Part shown: positions 51,036 through 64,000 of the stretch, piece after piece | How the letters are laid out: each line of letters opens with the position of its first letter | How positions within the stretch are numbered: position 1 is the first letter of the stretch | From: Camelus ferus | Taxonomy: Eukaryota | Length of the DNA: 64,000 bases | Assembly (NCBI RefSeq): GCF_009834535.1 | Contig: NC_045696.1 | Location: 29,824,001 to 29,888,000, forward strand | Direction: 5' to 3' | Program-made: the position numbers and the translations under genes | Notes under the pieces: model-generated | Database searches by the model: none | What the model saw: only the letters and a program-made list of their open reading frames with translations | What the model was told of the DNA's origin: nothing

Positions 51036-54000
51036 TAAGGAGATAACTAAAACTGACTCTGAGTCATGAAAAGAAGGCTAAATGATTTTATCTTGAAAAG
51101 TAGGGAGGTGTTATGCCAAGAGAGCTTGTTATTTAAAACCAGTTGTTATCATGGGATAATATTTGGAGATTTTTAGCTGATTTCTTTTCTTTCCTATATC
51201 ATCATCATCATCATTTTAATAATTGCATTGCAACTCTTCACTGGAACGAGGGCATGCATTTTCTAAGGGGGAGGATAGATACAGTCTAGGACAGAAAAAG
51301 TCATTTTTCTGTTTTAAATTTGAAGATTGATTTTAAAATACTCCAGCAGAGACTATGAACTTGAAAGCCCCCTCCCCATTTTTAATTGTTACATTTGATA
51401 AAAAGTAGGCACTTTTATTTCCAAAAACTTGGTGTAAAATATCCAGAGCTACAGTGTCGAGGACGCAGATCTGGCTATAGCATAAGTCAGAGTGAGGAGA
51501 ACTCCAGGATGATATAAAAGCTCCCAAGGAGGTAAACACCTTGACCAGCAGGATTGAGACAGAAATTTGGAGAAGATCTAATTGTAGTTGAGTGTGCTGG
51601 ATTTCTGTATGTAGAGAAATGGCAAACATTGTGGGAAACCCCACACTCAACGTGGTGCCTGAGAGGTAAAGTAGCACTGACTGGGGCTGAGAGTAGTGTC
51701 ACATGGTTTGGTATCATATGTCTCAGCAGTGTGCAGGGAAAACAACCAGGACTACCAAAGTGGTTGCATTTGGAGATAATGAGATAAAGAGTACACCTGA
51801 AAAGTGGAGACCACGGAAGGGCCTCAGACATCCTCAGTAGATGAATAGGGATGAGGCACACTCAGCAGAGGCCACAGAGGAAAGAGAGAACCATAAGCTT
51901 ATTGTGCACTCCTCCATTTCTTCCCTGACCCTAGCTCTGCCTCCATGCCATGCAGTTATGGTCAACGTTCGCTGGAGCCAGAGCCATCCAGGGAGAAGGG
52001 AAGGTGAAGAGGGAGATAGGAAATGCTGTATTGACTGCATATTGACTTCAAAGAGATTGAGATTTAAGTTGGAAGTGATTGTCGTCGTGTCTACTCTTGA
52101 ATTTCCAAGATTAAAATTTTCTTCATCTTCAGAAATGGAGAACAGTGAAAAAGTTACAGAGGAAAAATAAAAAAAATATTATTGCATATCTGTGTTGCAA
52201 CTATAAATTTATAGCAGCTATAAGAAAATAATTCAGCAATGTTATGGATATTATAATCTTCAGTTACCTAGAAAGTTAACCTATGTGGAATGGTGCCCTC
52301 TCACTAGGATACAAAGTTAGAGCATTGTCTTGTGTATAAAATATCAATTAAATTTCATTACCCATCCAACAATAGAATCAGAAGTATAAATTTTAACATT
52401 TTAAAGATTTTAACATAATAATTATGTATGTTTTATGACTGCTGTATCATGGGACTTAGAGATACCAGATTCTACTAAAATCCAATTAAAAAAAGAGTAG
52501 GATATTTTTATGATTAGGTATCAGCACCTATCTACCATTTTCTCCAGTATTTTTCAGGGTATCAAATTAGGTTTGATGATTTTTGATCAAAAGTTCATTT
52601 TCATCTTTTATATTAAAAAAAACTCCTATGGTACACAGTTTTACTGAGGTTTAACATATCTCTCATTTTAAAATCAGCTCATATTTAAATTATTAGCAGC
52701 ACAATGGAAATTAGCAGAGGGAAAATGGAGAAACTGGAGTAAAGATAGGGTCTGAAAGGAAAAAGCCATTTTTTTGGTTATTATTCCAAACTTTAAACTA
52801 TTACGAGTATTAAAACAGTAGATTCCAAGCTGCTTTACTATAAACTACTTTTAGCTACATGCTCAAAGGGAGGAAGAGTTTTATTTGTATGAGAGTATGT
52901 GCTTCTGGGATTCATGAAATCTACTAGAGAAATATCAAACATTATGATAAGTCACAGGAAGAAATGTGAAAATTTTAAGGAGCCCAAAAAATAGAAGTTC
53001 AAAGAAAATGCTATGCCTTGGCAAAGAGACTTCAGACATTAGACTGAATTTTTGTCTATTGGGATCATCTTTTTCTCCAGTATATTGACAGAAAAACTCA
53101 ATGATATGATATATGATATGAAAACTACAATGATACGATATGAAAACTACAAATATTAGAAATCAGTAAAAACTTTCTTTTTTTTGAAATCAAGGTAAGC
53201 TACCCTGGCACACTTTAGCTACCTCAAAGATCCTCCTAACTTTCATATTTATTTTAATAATTATTTGATAATTTAAGTAGTTAAATTGTATAATTTCTTA
53301 CTTTGAATTAACCAACATATTATTTCAACTCAGAGTAGTAGGAGAAAAACATCCCTCCTCCACTATATATTTGGAAACATCACCTGTTATCTGGTAGAAT
53401 AATTATTGTTATTTTGGTTTCTAGATTAAAAGCAAATGGCAAGTAGACTGCAAGTAGGGACTGCTGGGAATAAGGCCAAAGGAAATTAGAGTTAGAAATG
53501 TAAAATGTGTGCAAGAGTTTGTCTAAGGCCAAGCAAGGCCACTCTGTTTGGAGAAGGTTGAAATCTCATTATTTGGCAAGAGGTACATTAACAAATGCAA
53601 AAGCTTCAGGAATTCCAGGTAATCAAGAGTCTTAGAAGCTCACTGAGCCAGCATGCTTCTTCCCATGAATGCTGCCTCTATACAGCAGATTTTTCATTTT
53701 CACATTAATAGCATGGTTGAGAAGCTCTTGATAGAGTAGCTTCTGGGGGAATGGAATTTGTCTGAAGAAGAAATAAGCCTGGAAAAGCCAGAGTAGCCAT
53801 AACTAAAGGCTAAAATTTACTTCCCTACGAGGCCTTCCTTTTTTGGGGTAGGTTGGGGAGTGGGGGCGAAGCTGTTTTGAAACCATGGTACATTTCTGAC
53901 AATTTAGGATTCCTGAAATTATTTGGGATCAGAAAGAAAAGGATTTTAAAAAATCTCTTATGAGGTCTTATTTCTTTAATTAAATAAAATGTTTAAAGAG

Positions 54001-55751
54001 ACAGGAAAAAGATGTGTGGTGTCTGCCTGGATTTCTCTGAGCAGTTGTGTTTGTGATAAATCTGTAATGCCTTTCCTCTCTGTCTTCTGTTACTCTGTTA
54101 GTTGCTGACGGTAGTCGAGAAAAGTGATTGCTGTTCCCTGTCTCTTCATTTCCACCTCCTAACTGTGCTCCTTGATCACTGCTCTCCTACCTTCGCACAT
54201 TTTCTCCCTGATGTCCTCATTCCTTCCTAGCGCCATTTCAAGTGTAGATTTCCCTGGTAGAGAAATACAGCATGGTCTGAAAACAAAACAGAACAGAATT
54301 CTATATTGATGTAGATGTAGTGAGATTTTTTAAAAAATAAAAACCCCAAATCCCAAAATGAAAAGAAAAGAAAAAAGCAAGGAAATAAAGCAAAGAAGAC
54401 CCAATATCAAGGTGCAACTTGATTTTCCTCAGACTTACAGTTCATGACAGCCTCGAACAATTTACTCCATAAATATGCAAAGGAAGGTTTGTATTTAGAG
54501 TGTTCACAGGGCTAAGAACATTTCCCTGGAGCACTGGGAAATAGTCAATTTGATTACATTCCTTTTCTTACCTGATTTGATACACTATGTTGAGGGTAAG
54601 GGCAAAAAGTCAGCTCTGGCTTTATAACTCTCAATACTAAAGCTTTATTATATTGTATTGAGTTTTTTAAAGGCTGCATAAATAAAATTAATACCATGTA
54701 TACTACTTTGTAGTTTTATTATTATTAAAATTTAAAGTAATACATACTCAGTTAATAAACAAAAATGGTATTAAAATCTTATTTCAAAAAATAGACCTCT
54801 CTGCTTTGCCCTTTCTTATTCTCTGCCTTGTTATTAGTGTTATTTAAATTTTTCTTTTGAGTATTTGTGTTCATCTTCTAAAGAATATAATAATATTGCT
54901 GATTCTTGATTTATACAGTTTAGGTCCCATCTGTTGACATCCAACACGGCAGATGAGGCCTCAGCTCTTTTATGGCTCTGTTTCCCCTCCATTATTCCAA
55001 TAGCATCATGTCCCAATTTGAAGTTAAAGTTATATTTAGTTTTTATATTATCCTGAAGAAATACTATTCACTCAACAGCTAAGGAGCATTCTATGTTTCC
55101 TTTCCTGCATAACTATGTTTTCTTTTTTTTCTAGAGTCAGTAATTATCTCATCGTTCTCATTTGTTTAGTTTTCCATGTACCCGTTTTCCCCACAGCCTC
55201 CAATAGCCTTCAGTGCAGTTTTCTGCATGATCAAATATATCAGATTATTTTTTCCATTACATTTTTTGTTCCTCAAGCAGATTCCCCCCAGAATTGATTC
55301 TTATCTTCCTGCTCCAGTGATGACTCCTAATTTTCCAGGCCTGCTATGCAGCTGTGATCCTGGAAATTCCCCTCACTTGACTCCTGTTGCCAGAGCTCGC
55401 TTTCTTGATTTCATGTCTTTTTTTTATCAGTTGCTTTTGCATATTAAAACAAAAGCCAATAGAATGAGAGTCTTATTTACTTATTTTTGGATGAATTTAT
55501 TGAAAGTGTTGACAGTGCCATTCTACTGCTGTGTGCTTTGGGAAATAAGAATATCTTAAGGCTTTCAGTACACAGAGTAGTAACTGACCCTTGAGTTTCT
55601 TCTTATTGTCATTAACCTAGTCAAGTGCCTTTATAAGGTACTCAATAAAATATTCTAAAGAAAATAATAATCCGGAAATGTAAATATATTAGATTCCTCT
55701 AATACTCTTTAAATTATATTAGTGAGAAATTATATCTATTGGGTTTATCGG

Positions 55752-56245
55752 TGTTGGGCTGCACTCCACAGGACTACAAGGCCTATGCTTGCCCAGCTCA
55801 AGACGGAAGAAAGCGTGGACTCAGCAACAGAGACACCAGTGGTGTCATAGATGGGGGATCTTACACGTCTGACTCAAAGTCCTGGAGTGACACCCCACCT
55901 TGTGCAGCAGAAGGCAGGAGGGCAGGACATGGTGTCAGTCTTCATTCCTGCGTGGGGAGTGGGGTCAGGGGTGAGCGTGTAAAGAGTTACAGGAGGAATG
56001 GATATCCAGTTGGCTCATCGGTTACCGGGGAAACCAGCAGAGGGACACACTCCTCGCTACCCCTTTGATAAGCTATCATAGTGGAGATGTTCTGATCTAA
56101 AGCTAGAACAGTCATTAGTTGAGTCCCGGGTCAAGTATGTAAAGAGGCCAGTCATGTAAATAGGATGTAGGTGAAGCAGGCACTGGTTGAGCAGGGAATG
56201 TACAGAGAGCAAGAGAACAGTCACCTTGAGTGGCCTGATCATACA
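55752..56245. mobile_element. ERV solo LTR, 494 bp
   Basis: TG...CA termini, flanked by atcgg (55747-55751) and atctg (56246-56250), a 4/5 TSD match. GC-richer than its flanks. Confidence 0.75.
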
Positions 56246-56499
56246 ATCTGATATGAAAAATAAAAGCATTAAAGCATTGAATTTTCCAAATAAACTGGAA
56301 GATTTTTTTATGAGAAGGTCACTCACTGACATGAAGCTACATATATATGTTTATGTGTGTGTGTGTGTGTATGTATGTGTACATATATATATAAAACACT
56401 TATAATGATTGGAAGGAAAGTAACATTAATTGAGTGTCTGTTACATTCACACTAAGTTCTTTTACAGACACGCTTGCTTTTAGTTCTCTAAGAGGCTAC

Positions 56500-56735
56500 A
56501 TGGTATATACTTGATGAAATATGGACTTTGAAGTTAACAGGTTTGAATCCAAGTCTTGACTCATAATTTTGTGGTTTTGATTAAACTTAACTTAGATTAA
56601 ATGCCCTTCATTTCTTTACTTTTACTCTTAAAATGAAGTTTACAATACCTGTCTTTCAAGGGATTGTTGGAGGTATGACATGAGATAATGTGGCTCGAGT
56701 GACTAGTACACACTACTGCTTCTAACAATGCAAAC
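56500..56735 (+). mobile_element. MIR SINE
   Basis: atggactttgaagttaacaggtttgaatccaag...taaaatg..aatacctgtctttcaagggattgttggagg..atgagataatg. Confidence 0.6.
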
Positions 56736-57057
56736 GTTATCTGACTGCCATGCTCCCACCGTGACTACTCTGACAGCAGCAACAGCTACAAGCACTGCTA
56801 CCATTGCTACTGCTACATTTGATAGGCAAAGAAACCAAGAGCTTAGACACGTTAGTAAATTTAGTTGAGATCACATCCCCGGTAAGTAGAACAGAGATTT
56901 GAAAAATAGATCTTTCCAACTGACTCTAAAACCTTCCCAGCATATCGCATTCTCACTATTAGAAGCAAAGCCATCCACATCATTTTAGACCTTTCGAGCT
57001 TCAAAATAATCAACACTCCACTGAACTCTGTAAGGGACGAGGTGGTTCAGAGGACAA

Positions 57058-57191
57058 TTTTTTTTTTTGATTAATTAATTTTTATTGAAGTACAGTCAAT
57101 TACAATGTGTCAATCTCTGGTGCAAAGCACAATGTCCCAGTCATGCATATACATACATATATTTTCATGGTTTTTTTCCATTAAAGGTTAT
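57058..57191 (-). mobile_element. Very short L1 3'-terminal fragment
   Basis: T-tract followed by tttttattgaagtacagtcaattacaatgtgtcaatctctggtg, an antisense L1 3' end. Possible degenerate TSD gacaatttt / gaaaatctt. Confidence 0.7.
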
Positions 57192-57339
57192 GAAAATCTT
57201 AACTGTGCTTAGAAAGCTAATCACTGTTAGGTTTGGAACAGGATAGAACATTTCTTGTTGGAACTTTTCACAGAACATCGGTCTTTGATTTTTCCAATGG
57301 CTAAGTGTAGGATCAATTATCAGTCAAAAATGACAAGTG

Positions 57340-58680
57340 ATTTTGATTGTATTTGGACATTTTGTGTATTATGAGACACTGGGTCATACAAAAGCTTGTG
57401 TTTGAGCAGGCCTCCTTGTGATATACCATGCTGGTGTGCAAAGTTGGGTGGGGGGCACTGGGCTACCTCATTATTGCCAAGTTGGGGTACAAGCCTAGGT
57501 ACTCCTCTGCTGCCTGACAGCAGGGGGGCCTGCTTGCTGCTGGGTGGGGCTAAGGACAAACTTCTTAGTAGGCCTCTGCTGACCCCTCCAGGGCTGGAAG
57601 GGGGAGGTCCCCTTGTCACTGCTCCCCATGAGGCATGCAAAGACACTGTAAGGTGATGGGAGAGACTTGTTACTGCTGGGAAGTAAGGAAAATCCAGGCT
57701 TCCCACGAGGCCTCCTCTGATACCGCTTTGCTACGGAGAAGCATGGGTCACCTCATCACCACTGGTTGGGAGCGGGAGTCCTGGATCCCGTGTGGGCTCC
57801 AGTGGCACCACAAAGTGAGGATGATTTTATCTCCAGGCCAGCATGTAAATCTCAGTTCTGACACCATCTGGGAGAGATGGGCACTTCACTGCCACCAGGT
57901 AAGGTTCTAAGTTTAGGCTCTCCACTTGGCTTTGTTGGTAAGAGTGGGAGTGGGGCCATAGTTTGTTTTGTTTTTTTCCCAGTTTTAGTGAGGTATAACT
58001 GACAAATAACATTATATAAATTTAAATGATAATTTGATATATGTATATATTGTGAAATGATTATTGTAATAAGGTTAGTTAACACATCCATTACCACACA
58101 TAGTTACCATTGTGTGTGTGTGTGTGGCGAGAACATTTAAGACTTACTCTCTTAGCAAATTTCAGGTATATACTACAGTATTGTTAATCCTAGTCACAAT
58201 AGTCTATGTTAAACACTCAGAATTTATCCATCTTATAATTGAAAGTCTGTATCCTTGACCAATATCTCCCCAGTTCCCCCAGCCCTCTACATTTTCCCCA
58301 TGGTGTTTAGCTGGAACAGATCAGTTATTGTTTAAAGGTTCTCTGTCTTGCCGTGCTGCCCTGGCTTGGTCCTTTGTGTGGAGAGAGCAGACCTTTGTTC
58401 GGACTATTTTGGTCTGCACCCAAGGCATTCCTAGGCTGCTACTTCTCCAGCATCCAGTCTAGGAAAAATGAGGCCAAAAGAAAACCCAGAGGATTCACTG
58501 CCATATTATTCCTCAGGCCCCAAGAACCCCAGCTGGCCTGCCTTTCCCTCTCCTCCCTTTACAATCTTATGTTTGTTTTATAAAACATGTCCAGAGCTTT
58601 GGTATTTCTGAGTAGAAACAATAGAGACAAATGCATCTACCCCGTATCAGATGAGGTACATCTAAATCTGGAAGTCCTGA
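57340..58680 (-). mobile_element. Ancient L1M 5'-region relic, interrupted at 57961-58288
   Basis: GC-rich block that continues across the insertion (gggagtggggccata | ...tggtgtttagctgg..cagttattgtttaaaggttctctgtcttg...aaaagaaaacccag), resembling L1MC-type 5' ends (from recall). Confidence 0.5.
57961..58288 (-). mobile_element. L1MA-type 3' end fragment nested in an older L1 5' region
   Basis: T-rich tail followed by gaggtataactgacaaataa...ctcttagcaaatttcaggtata...ttgaccaatatctcccca. Similar to 31670-31960. Confidence 0.8.
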
Positions 58681-58899
58681 ACTGACTTTCAAATCCTGTG
58701 TTTTTCATTGAATCCAACAATGAAATCAAGACACTTCCCTCAGAGAGTTGTATGAAAACATGAACACAGAGTTTGTTCTTGGATGTGTACTGTGACTTCT
58801 CAACCTCATACAGTGCATGCCATTCTGTGTGACCCTTGGAGTATGCTAAATAAAATCATCAGGGAGAATGGGAAATAAAATGTTTAGGGGACAAGACTG

Positions 58900-59066
58900 T
58901 TGCGCTATGGTGTGGTCCCTCGACAAGCAGGAGATGTGTCAGGAATACAAACATCCATCCTAACCTAAGTAATTAAAGAGCTCTGGGGGCGGGGCCCAGC
59001 AATCTGTTTTTTTAACAAGCCCTCAGGTGATTCGGACGTGAGCTAAAACTGTGAAGAACCATTGAG
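58900..59066. mobile_element. MER5A-like hAT MITE
   Basis: ctctgggggcggggcccagcaatctgttttttt-aacaagccctcaggtgattc...gaaccattg. Confidence 0.8.
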
Positions 59067-59832
59067 CTTTGGAAACAGCTGAGATGCCCGCAGTTTTGTA
59101 GGGTCTGCCAGTGGGAGAGTGGATACTCTGGAGCCCAGGCAGTCACGCGCTGTGCTGTGCATGTGAGGCCTTGTCCTGGAGACATCTCCTGCACCCTTTC
59201 CGTCCTCTTTCTTAGTTTTTTGGGTAAATAAGGGAAGGAAAGTAGGCATACACCATGCTGAAGTTGCAATTTGCCTGTACAGTCTTGGAGTGGGTGGACA
59301 ACTTAAATCTACTTATTTCCACATGAGAAATATTAACGTAGTCAGAGCCTGCCTCACATTTAAGTCTCAGAAGAAGAAGAATGTTAAGGGATCCTTGTGT
59401 AACATATACTTAAAATTCCACTACTGAAATGATTTGGAAGAAACTGGCATCTTCCAAAATGAAGAAGCAACACATAAGGCTGTCTTTTCCTTTGTAACTG
59501 AGGAGGAATAAATTGAAAACTAATAGACTCTGAGACTCTGTTTGAAGAAGATCCAAGATATGTGAAGAGGCCATACTGAGAGGGGATGTTGATGGGGACT
59601 TGAGTCGGAGCATGTCAAAACAGCCTTGGCTGCCCTGCACGTTTCTCTAGGACTCGCAGTAAGTAGGATCCTGGCATTGTAATGCCGTGGGTGCCCATCT
59701 GTAAGTGGTTGATTCTGACTGAGCAGATTATATTCATCCTTTATTACTCACAGCACTTACGGAATTTAGCAATAATCCTGTGGCTTTGTAGGCAGAGGAG
59801 CATCTAGCTTTTACTCTTTCAAAAAAATATAT

Positions 59833-59966
59833 TTTACTTATTATTGTGTTGTTTAATTATGGGGGAGGTAATTGGGTTTATTTATTTTGTGGGGAGGTAC
59901 TGGGGATTGAGCCCAAGACCTCATGCATGCAAAGCACACACTCTATCACTTGAGCTATACCCTCCC
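59833..59966 (-). mobile_element. tRNA-derived SINE, camelid vic-1-like
   Basis: Reverse complement begins gggagggtatagctcaagtgatagag (A-box-like), then gggctcaatcccc (B-box-like), a duplicated tacctcccc and an AT-rich tail. A degenerate TSD (11/15) may lie at 59806-59820 and 59973-59987. Confidence 0.85.
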
Positions 59967-61659
59967 TGCTGAAGCTTAGACTGTTTTCTCAGTGTTAAGA
60001 CAAAGTACAATGAATGGAAAGGGACCTTCTCTAACTCAGTAAGCATTATCTTTATTACTGTTTCTTAAGGATATCATAATTCCAGGTTGTCTTTCAACAT
60101 TGTAGTCAATCATCATCCACCTTAAGGATTCTGTAATATTTAAAATCTCCTGGCCCTCGGGGACAGAAGGAATCACTTCTCACTTGCTCCCCTAAAAGGC
60201 ACAAAATCAAATTACACCAAAAGGCTCCTTAGAGTACAGCTCTTTGCCAATGACTTGAATTATTTTCAGCCACTTTGGCATATTTCCCCTCCAGACAGAA
60301 TGAAAATCTTTTCGTCTGCACCAGTGAAGGATTTCCTATTTCTTCCACATATACAGTATAATGAGAATAAAAGCTTCTCTGCCTCAAAGACCTTTCCTAC
60401 GGTGCCATAATGCAGGGAAAATAACACCCATTTCTAACACACTGAAGCCCACATAGTTTCTGAAGAAGACGAGAAAGACATTAACATTATACAAGAAAAC
60501 TATTTGCTCTTTGCTTTCAATTTCCAAATTTGAGCACACCAGAGATTTCAGACTTCAAAACTACATATATCTGTGCTGAGGTGTGGCCCCTCTAAGGTGC
60601 TTCATCATTGGCACTGAAAGCTGGTTTCATGAAACACCTGTTCTGAGTAAGCAATGTGATCAGAGTGTCAGCAGGGCAGACAGATTTTAAATGGAAGATT
60701 GTTACTTACCCAGAAGCCATTTGGAAACTAAAAACTGCAATATCAGCGAACCAGCTACAATAACTTAAATGTCCCCAAGTATGTTATTAACACTTCAGCC
60801 CTCTAAAGATCAGATGACTTCTTTTCAGAAGTCTTTGTGTCTCAAGAGAACAAATTGTTTCTCCACATTTATCATTTTGTAAAAACCTTCTTTTGCACTG
60901 ATAGCCTTACTTATCTTTTATTATTTCCAGTTGCCCTTTTATTTTTCCTTCTGATTTGTGTTATTTCCTTTCCACCAGTGCCTACAGCAGCATTCACTGC
61001 AATCACTACCCATTGCTCAGTATTCTTCTCTGCTCTCAATAGCACAGCCTTTAGGATTGAATCCCTTGCCTAGAGCATTAAGAATTGAGAAAAAAAATCA
61101 CTACTCATTGCTTTGCTTGCAGTTCTCATTTGGACTAGTGCTTGCAGAAATTGAACTGAACTTTCTTCACTGTTACTGCATCTGTAAGGTAATTGCCTAA
61201 ACTTGTTGAGCCAATCGGAATTGCTGTTCTTGAGTTTTGCAAATGTGAAGAATCCGATGGAGCAATTTGTATGCCATACATGGTATATCCCTCTTTCCCC
61301 ACTCAAGGTCATACTGCTCTCTATAGGATTATGTATGACCCTTCTGAAACATTACACTCCTGAATTCTATTTAAAAGCTCCAAACGTTAGTAGTTTAAAA
61401 AAATCATTCCTATTTATGGTATCATTTTGGTTGCACAATTGTTATATTAAATGAAAGGGTCTTGAAACTCTTTAGCACTTTCTCTTGTGTTTTGGGCAAC
61501 TCAAAGAAATAGCATTTAACTAGAGAGAGAACACACAAAAAATATGGTCCTGAAAAATAATGTCACATGCGTGTAGCATGGTTTGGTCCACTACAAAATT
61601 TGCGTTCAAAATGTCTCAGTACTAGTGCTTCCTGAAGTGGAAAAATAGAATGTTATACA

Positions 61660-61663
<4 letters not shown>

Positions 61664-61691
<28 letters not shown>
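61664..61691. repeat. (GA)n microsatellite
   Basis: Perfect GA run of 14 units. Confidence 0.95.
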
Positions 61692-61695
<4 letters not shown>

Positions 61696-64000
61696 TAGTG
61701 AATGATAGTTTCGTACCTTTAGAAAAAGCTTAGGGAATTTAAGAGCTTTATCTATTCCCTAACTTAGAGAGAGTGAAAAAACAAATTATGTATTTCCTGG
61801 ATCACATCCCTATCCCTACTTGCAAAATTTAAAGTATTTACCTTCATAGGGAAGGTACTGCTTCTGATTTAGTTGAATCTTCTCTGAATGCCACACTAGC
61901 TAAATTATCCCCTTCAATTTGATGTCATACAGGTTGTTGTCTCTTCAAAGGGAGAATTACTGAAAACTAGTCCAATTTTTAAAACATTTTTCTCTCTTGT
62001 AGACTGGTCATTGGAAAGATAAAATAATGACTTAAAGTAACCACAATTCTGCAGATCCTATTACAACGTATTTACCCTTGTGTCTCATTCTTTTTCTTAA
62101 AAAGCCACGTTATTCACGAGTCCTAGATTAAGGTACTGATTTGGCTGAGAGGAGCACTGTAGTGAGATTCAAGGCAAAGGTTTAAGAAATTTCAGTTAGC
62201 TTAAGACAGTGCAAATGATTATATTTGCAAGCAGGACAGGGTATGTTGTTATGTAAATGTTATAAATTTAAGAAAATTGAGCATTCACAGGAATCAAAGT
62301 GGGGTGGAGGAGGAATGGAGGTTATTGTAATGCTATCATGCTACACACTGGAAGAGATTGAACCGTTTCAGTTCAATATGGCAATTATAATGATTAATAA
62401 AAATCATAAATGGTTGTGCAATACCATTCTTATACGGATGTGTGACGTAATAATGACTGATAGAACAATATTCCTGAGCCATCTGAAGGGGGTGAAAATT
62501 GGGATTTGCACTTGCAGGAGGATATGAAGGATATGAAGGTTCTGTGAAAAATGAGGGAGGATAACAATGGGATTTCATTAGTTTAGATTAATCATTATGA
62601 TCATTAATATTTCCTTTGGGCATTGCATTTTTCTGGGTGCCAAGAGGATCGACACAACACCAGGATTATAAATGACAGCAATTATTTTCAATAAAATTGT
62701 CATATGACAAAGTTATATTCCATTTATCAACTCTTTCTTGACTAAAAAACCAAATATGTATGTGTACAGATGTGAAATGTAATCAATGAAAATACTTGGA
62801 TGAACATGAGCAGACGTGCTGGTGAAGTGAATACCATTAGGGTATGAAACTGAGTTTAAAGAGTCAGTGCAGGTTTCCAGAAAGAGATAAAAATTGTTTC
62901 CAAATATGATAGGACAGGGGCTACTTTAAGAATGTGGCACATTTTGAGAAAATTCTTAAAATACTCAACAGAGAAAATTGGATGAGAAATTCATATAAGA
63001 ACTGAGTTGTTCTATGGAGGGTAGGAGAATTTGACAGAGGATTTGAAAATCTGGCTGGGAATTCTGATGTCAAAATTCAGAAAATTGAAAGCTTTTCAGA
63101 GATTTGAGGAAAAGGAACACAAGCATGCTTACACAAGATAAAGCTGCCCATCAGAATGCTCTGAATATGAGGGAACAAAATAGAAAAGTAATTAAGAATT
63201 TAAAAACATTGATATAGATTTCTTGTACAAAATCACTTCTTCTATAATTGGAAGAGTCTCAGTCCTGGATAACTAAAGAGATTTTAACACTAATTAGATT
63301 GTTGCAGTGACAAGATCTTATTTTTTTTTTCACACAAACATACTTTTTTCCTCCATCGAGTACAAAAATATTTTCCTTTCACTTTATCACAGTAGCTCAT
63401 TTTGATTATGCTCAGACCTCAGTGTATCACCTATACCTACCCAGCTCATCTGAGTAATTAAAAGAAAAATGATGCATGATGCATTTATAGGTAAGTGAAA
63501 TGAGTACAAATCTCACATTAACAGCTGGATTCTTATACTTGGCAACATGGCACAGTTTGAGAAAAGCAATCATCTTCCTTTCCTGTTGGCAAAACACTTC
63601 ACTGGTCTCTCCAATTTGAGTCCCTCTTCAGGATTTCGTGTCTGCTCACTTTGCAATGCACAGAACGCTCCTTCCAGATGGACAGCCTTGTCAGATGCTA
63701 TTTTTATGCTGCACTTTAGAATTTTAAAGTGGGAGAAGTTATTCACCAAACATGAAATGTATCACTTATTGTATACATTGAAGCAGCTTTTCAAATCAGC
63801 ATGCTCAACCAGCTGCTGATGAGCTTAATACCCCCAGATGAATGAAAGCATGTGTAAGCCAGGCAGCGTACCTTTAAAAGTTCTTATCTTGTGTGGCGCT
63901 GATAGGGACTGAGGAAAACTCATAAGAAGAGAAGGCAAGATTCCTGTCCTTGAGGGGTTTCCAATCTTGCATGGAGAATTGAAACCATTTATAGTTAACA

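Noticed and set aside
59893..59966. tRNA gene
   Set aside because: Degenerate A/B boxes and a SINE tail; no intact cloverleaf.
54565..60740. Other minus-strand donor-like sites (near 54570 and 60708) with 13-25-nt putative exons
   Set aside because: No CpG or frame support; such sites are expected by chance in 64 kb.

Overview
AT-rich, CpG-depleted mammalian genomic DNA, intronic or intergenic. It is probably camelid: there is a tRNA-derived SINE resembling the camelid vic-1 family and young L1s sharing one 3'UTR type, and I saw no Alu, B1/B2, Bov-A/BovB, PRE-1 or SINEC elements. I could not identify any intact cellular gene, RNA gene or CRISPR array, and most ORF-track entries look like chance frames or TE remnants. 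The window is dominated by transposable elements: three young 5'-truncated L1s (14.9-16.8 kb +, 40.1-40.8 kb +, 49.2-49.7 kb -), an old L1 with both ends but large internal deletions (31.7-35.2 kb -), L2, L3 and MIR relics, MaLR/ERV solo LTRs and hAT MITEs. The most interesting non-repeat signal is a set of candidate minus-strand exons with canonical splice sites (46700-46756, 23244-23277, 17596-17617, and an acceptor at 28 or 16), some in CpG-retaining unique sequence. They suggest a large minus-strand transcript crosses the window, but I cannot name it. Three of these exons are bracketed by a near-identical inverted L1 pair. Repeat family names come from recalled consensus similarity, not a database search. 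I found no evidence of a new multi-gene biological system.
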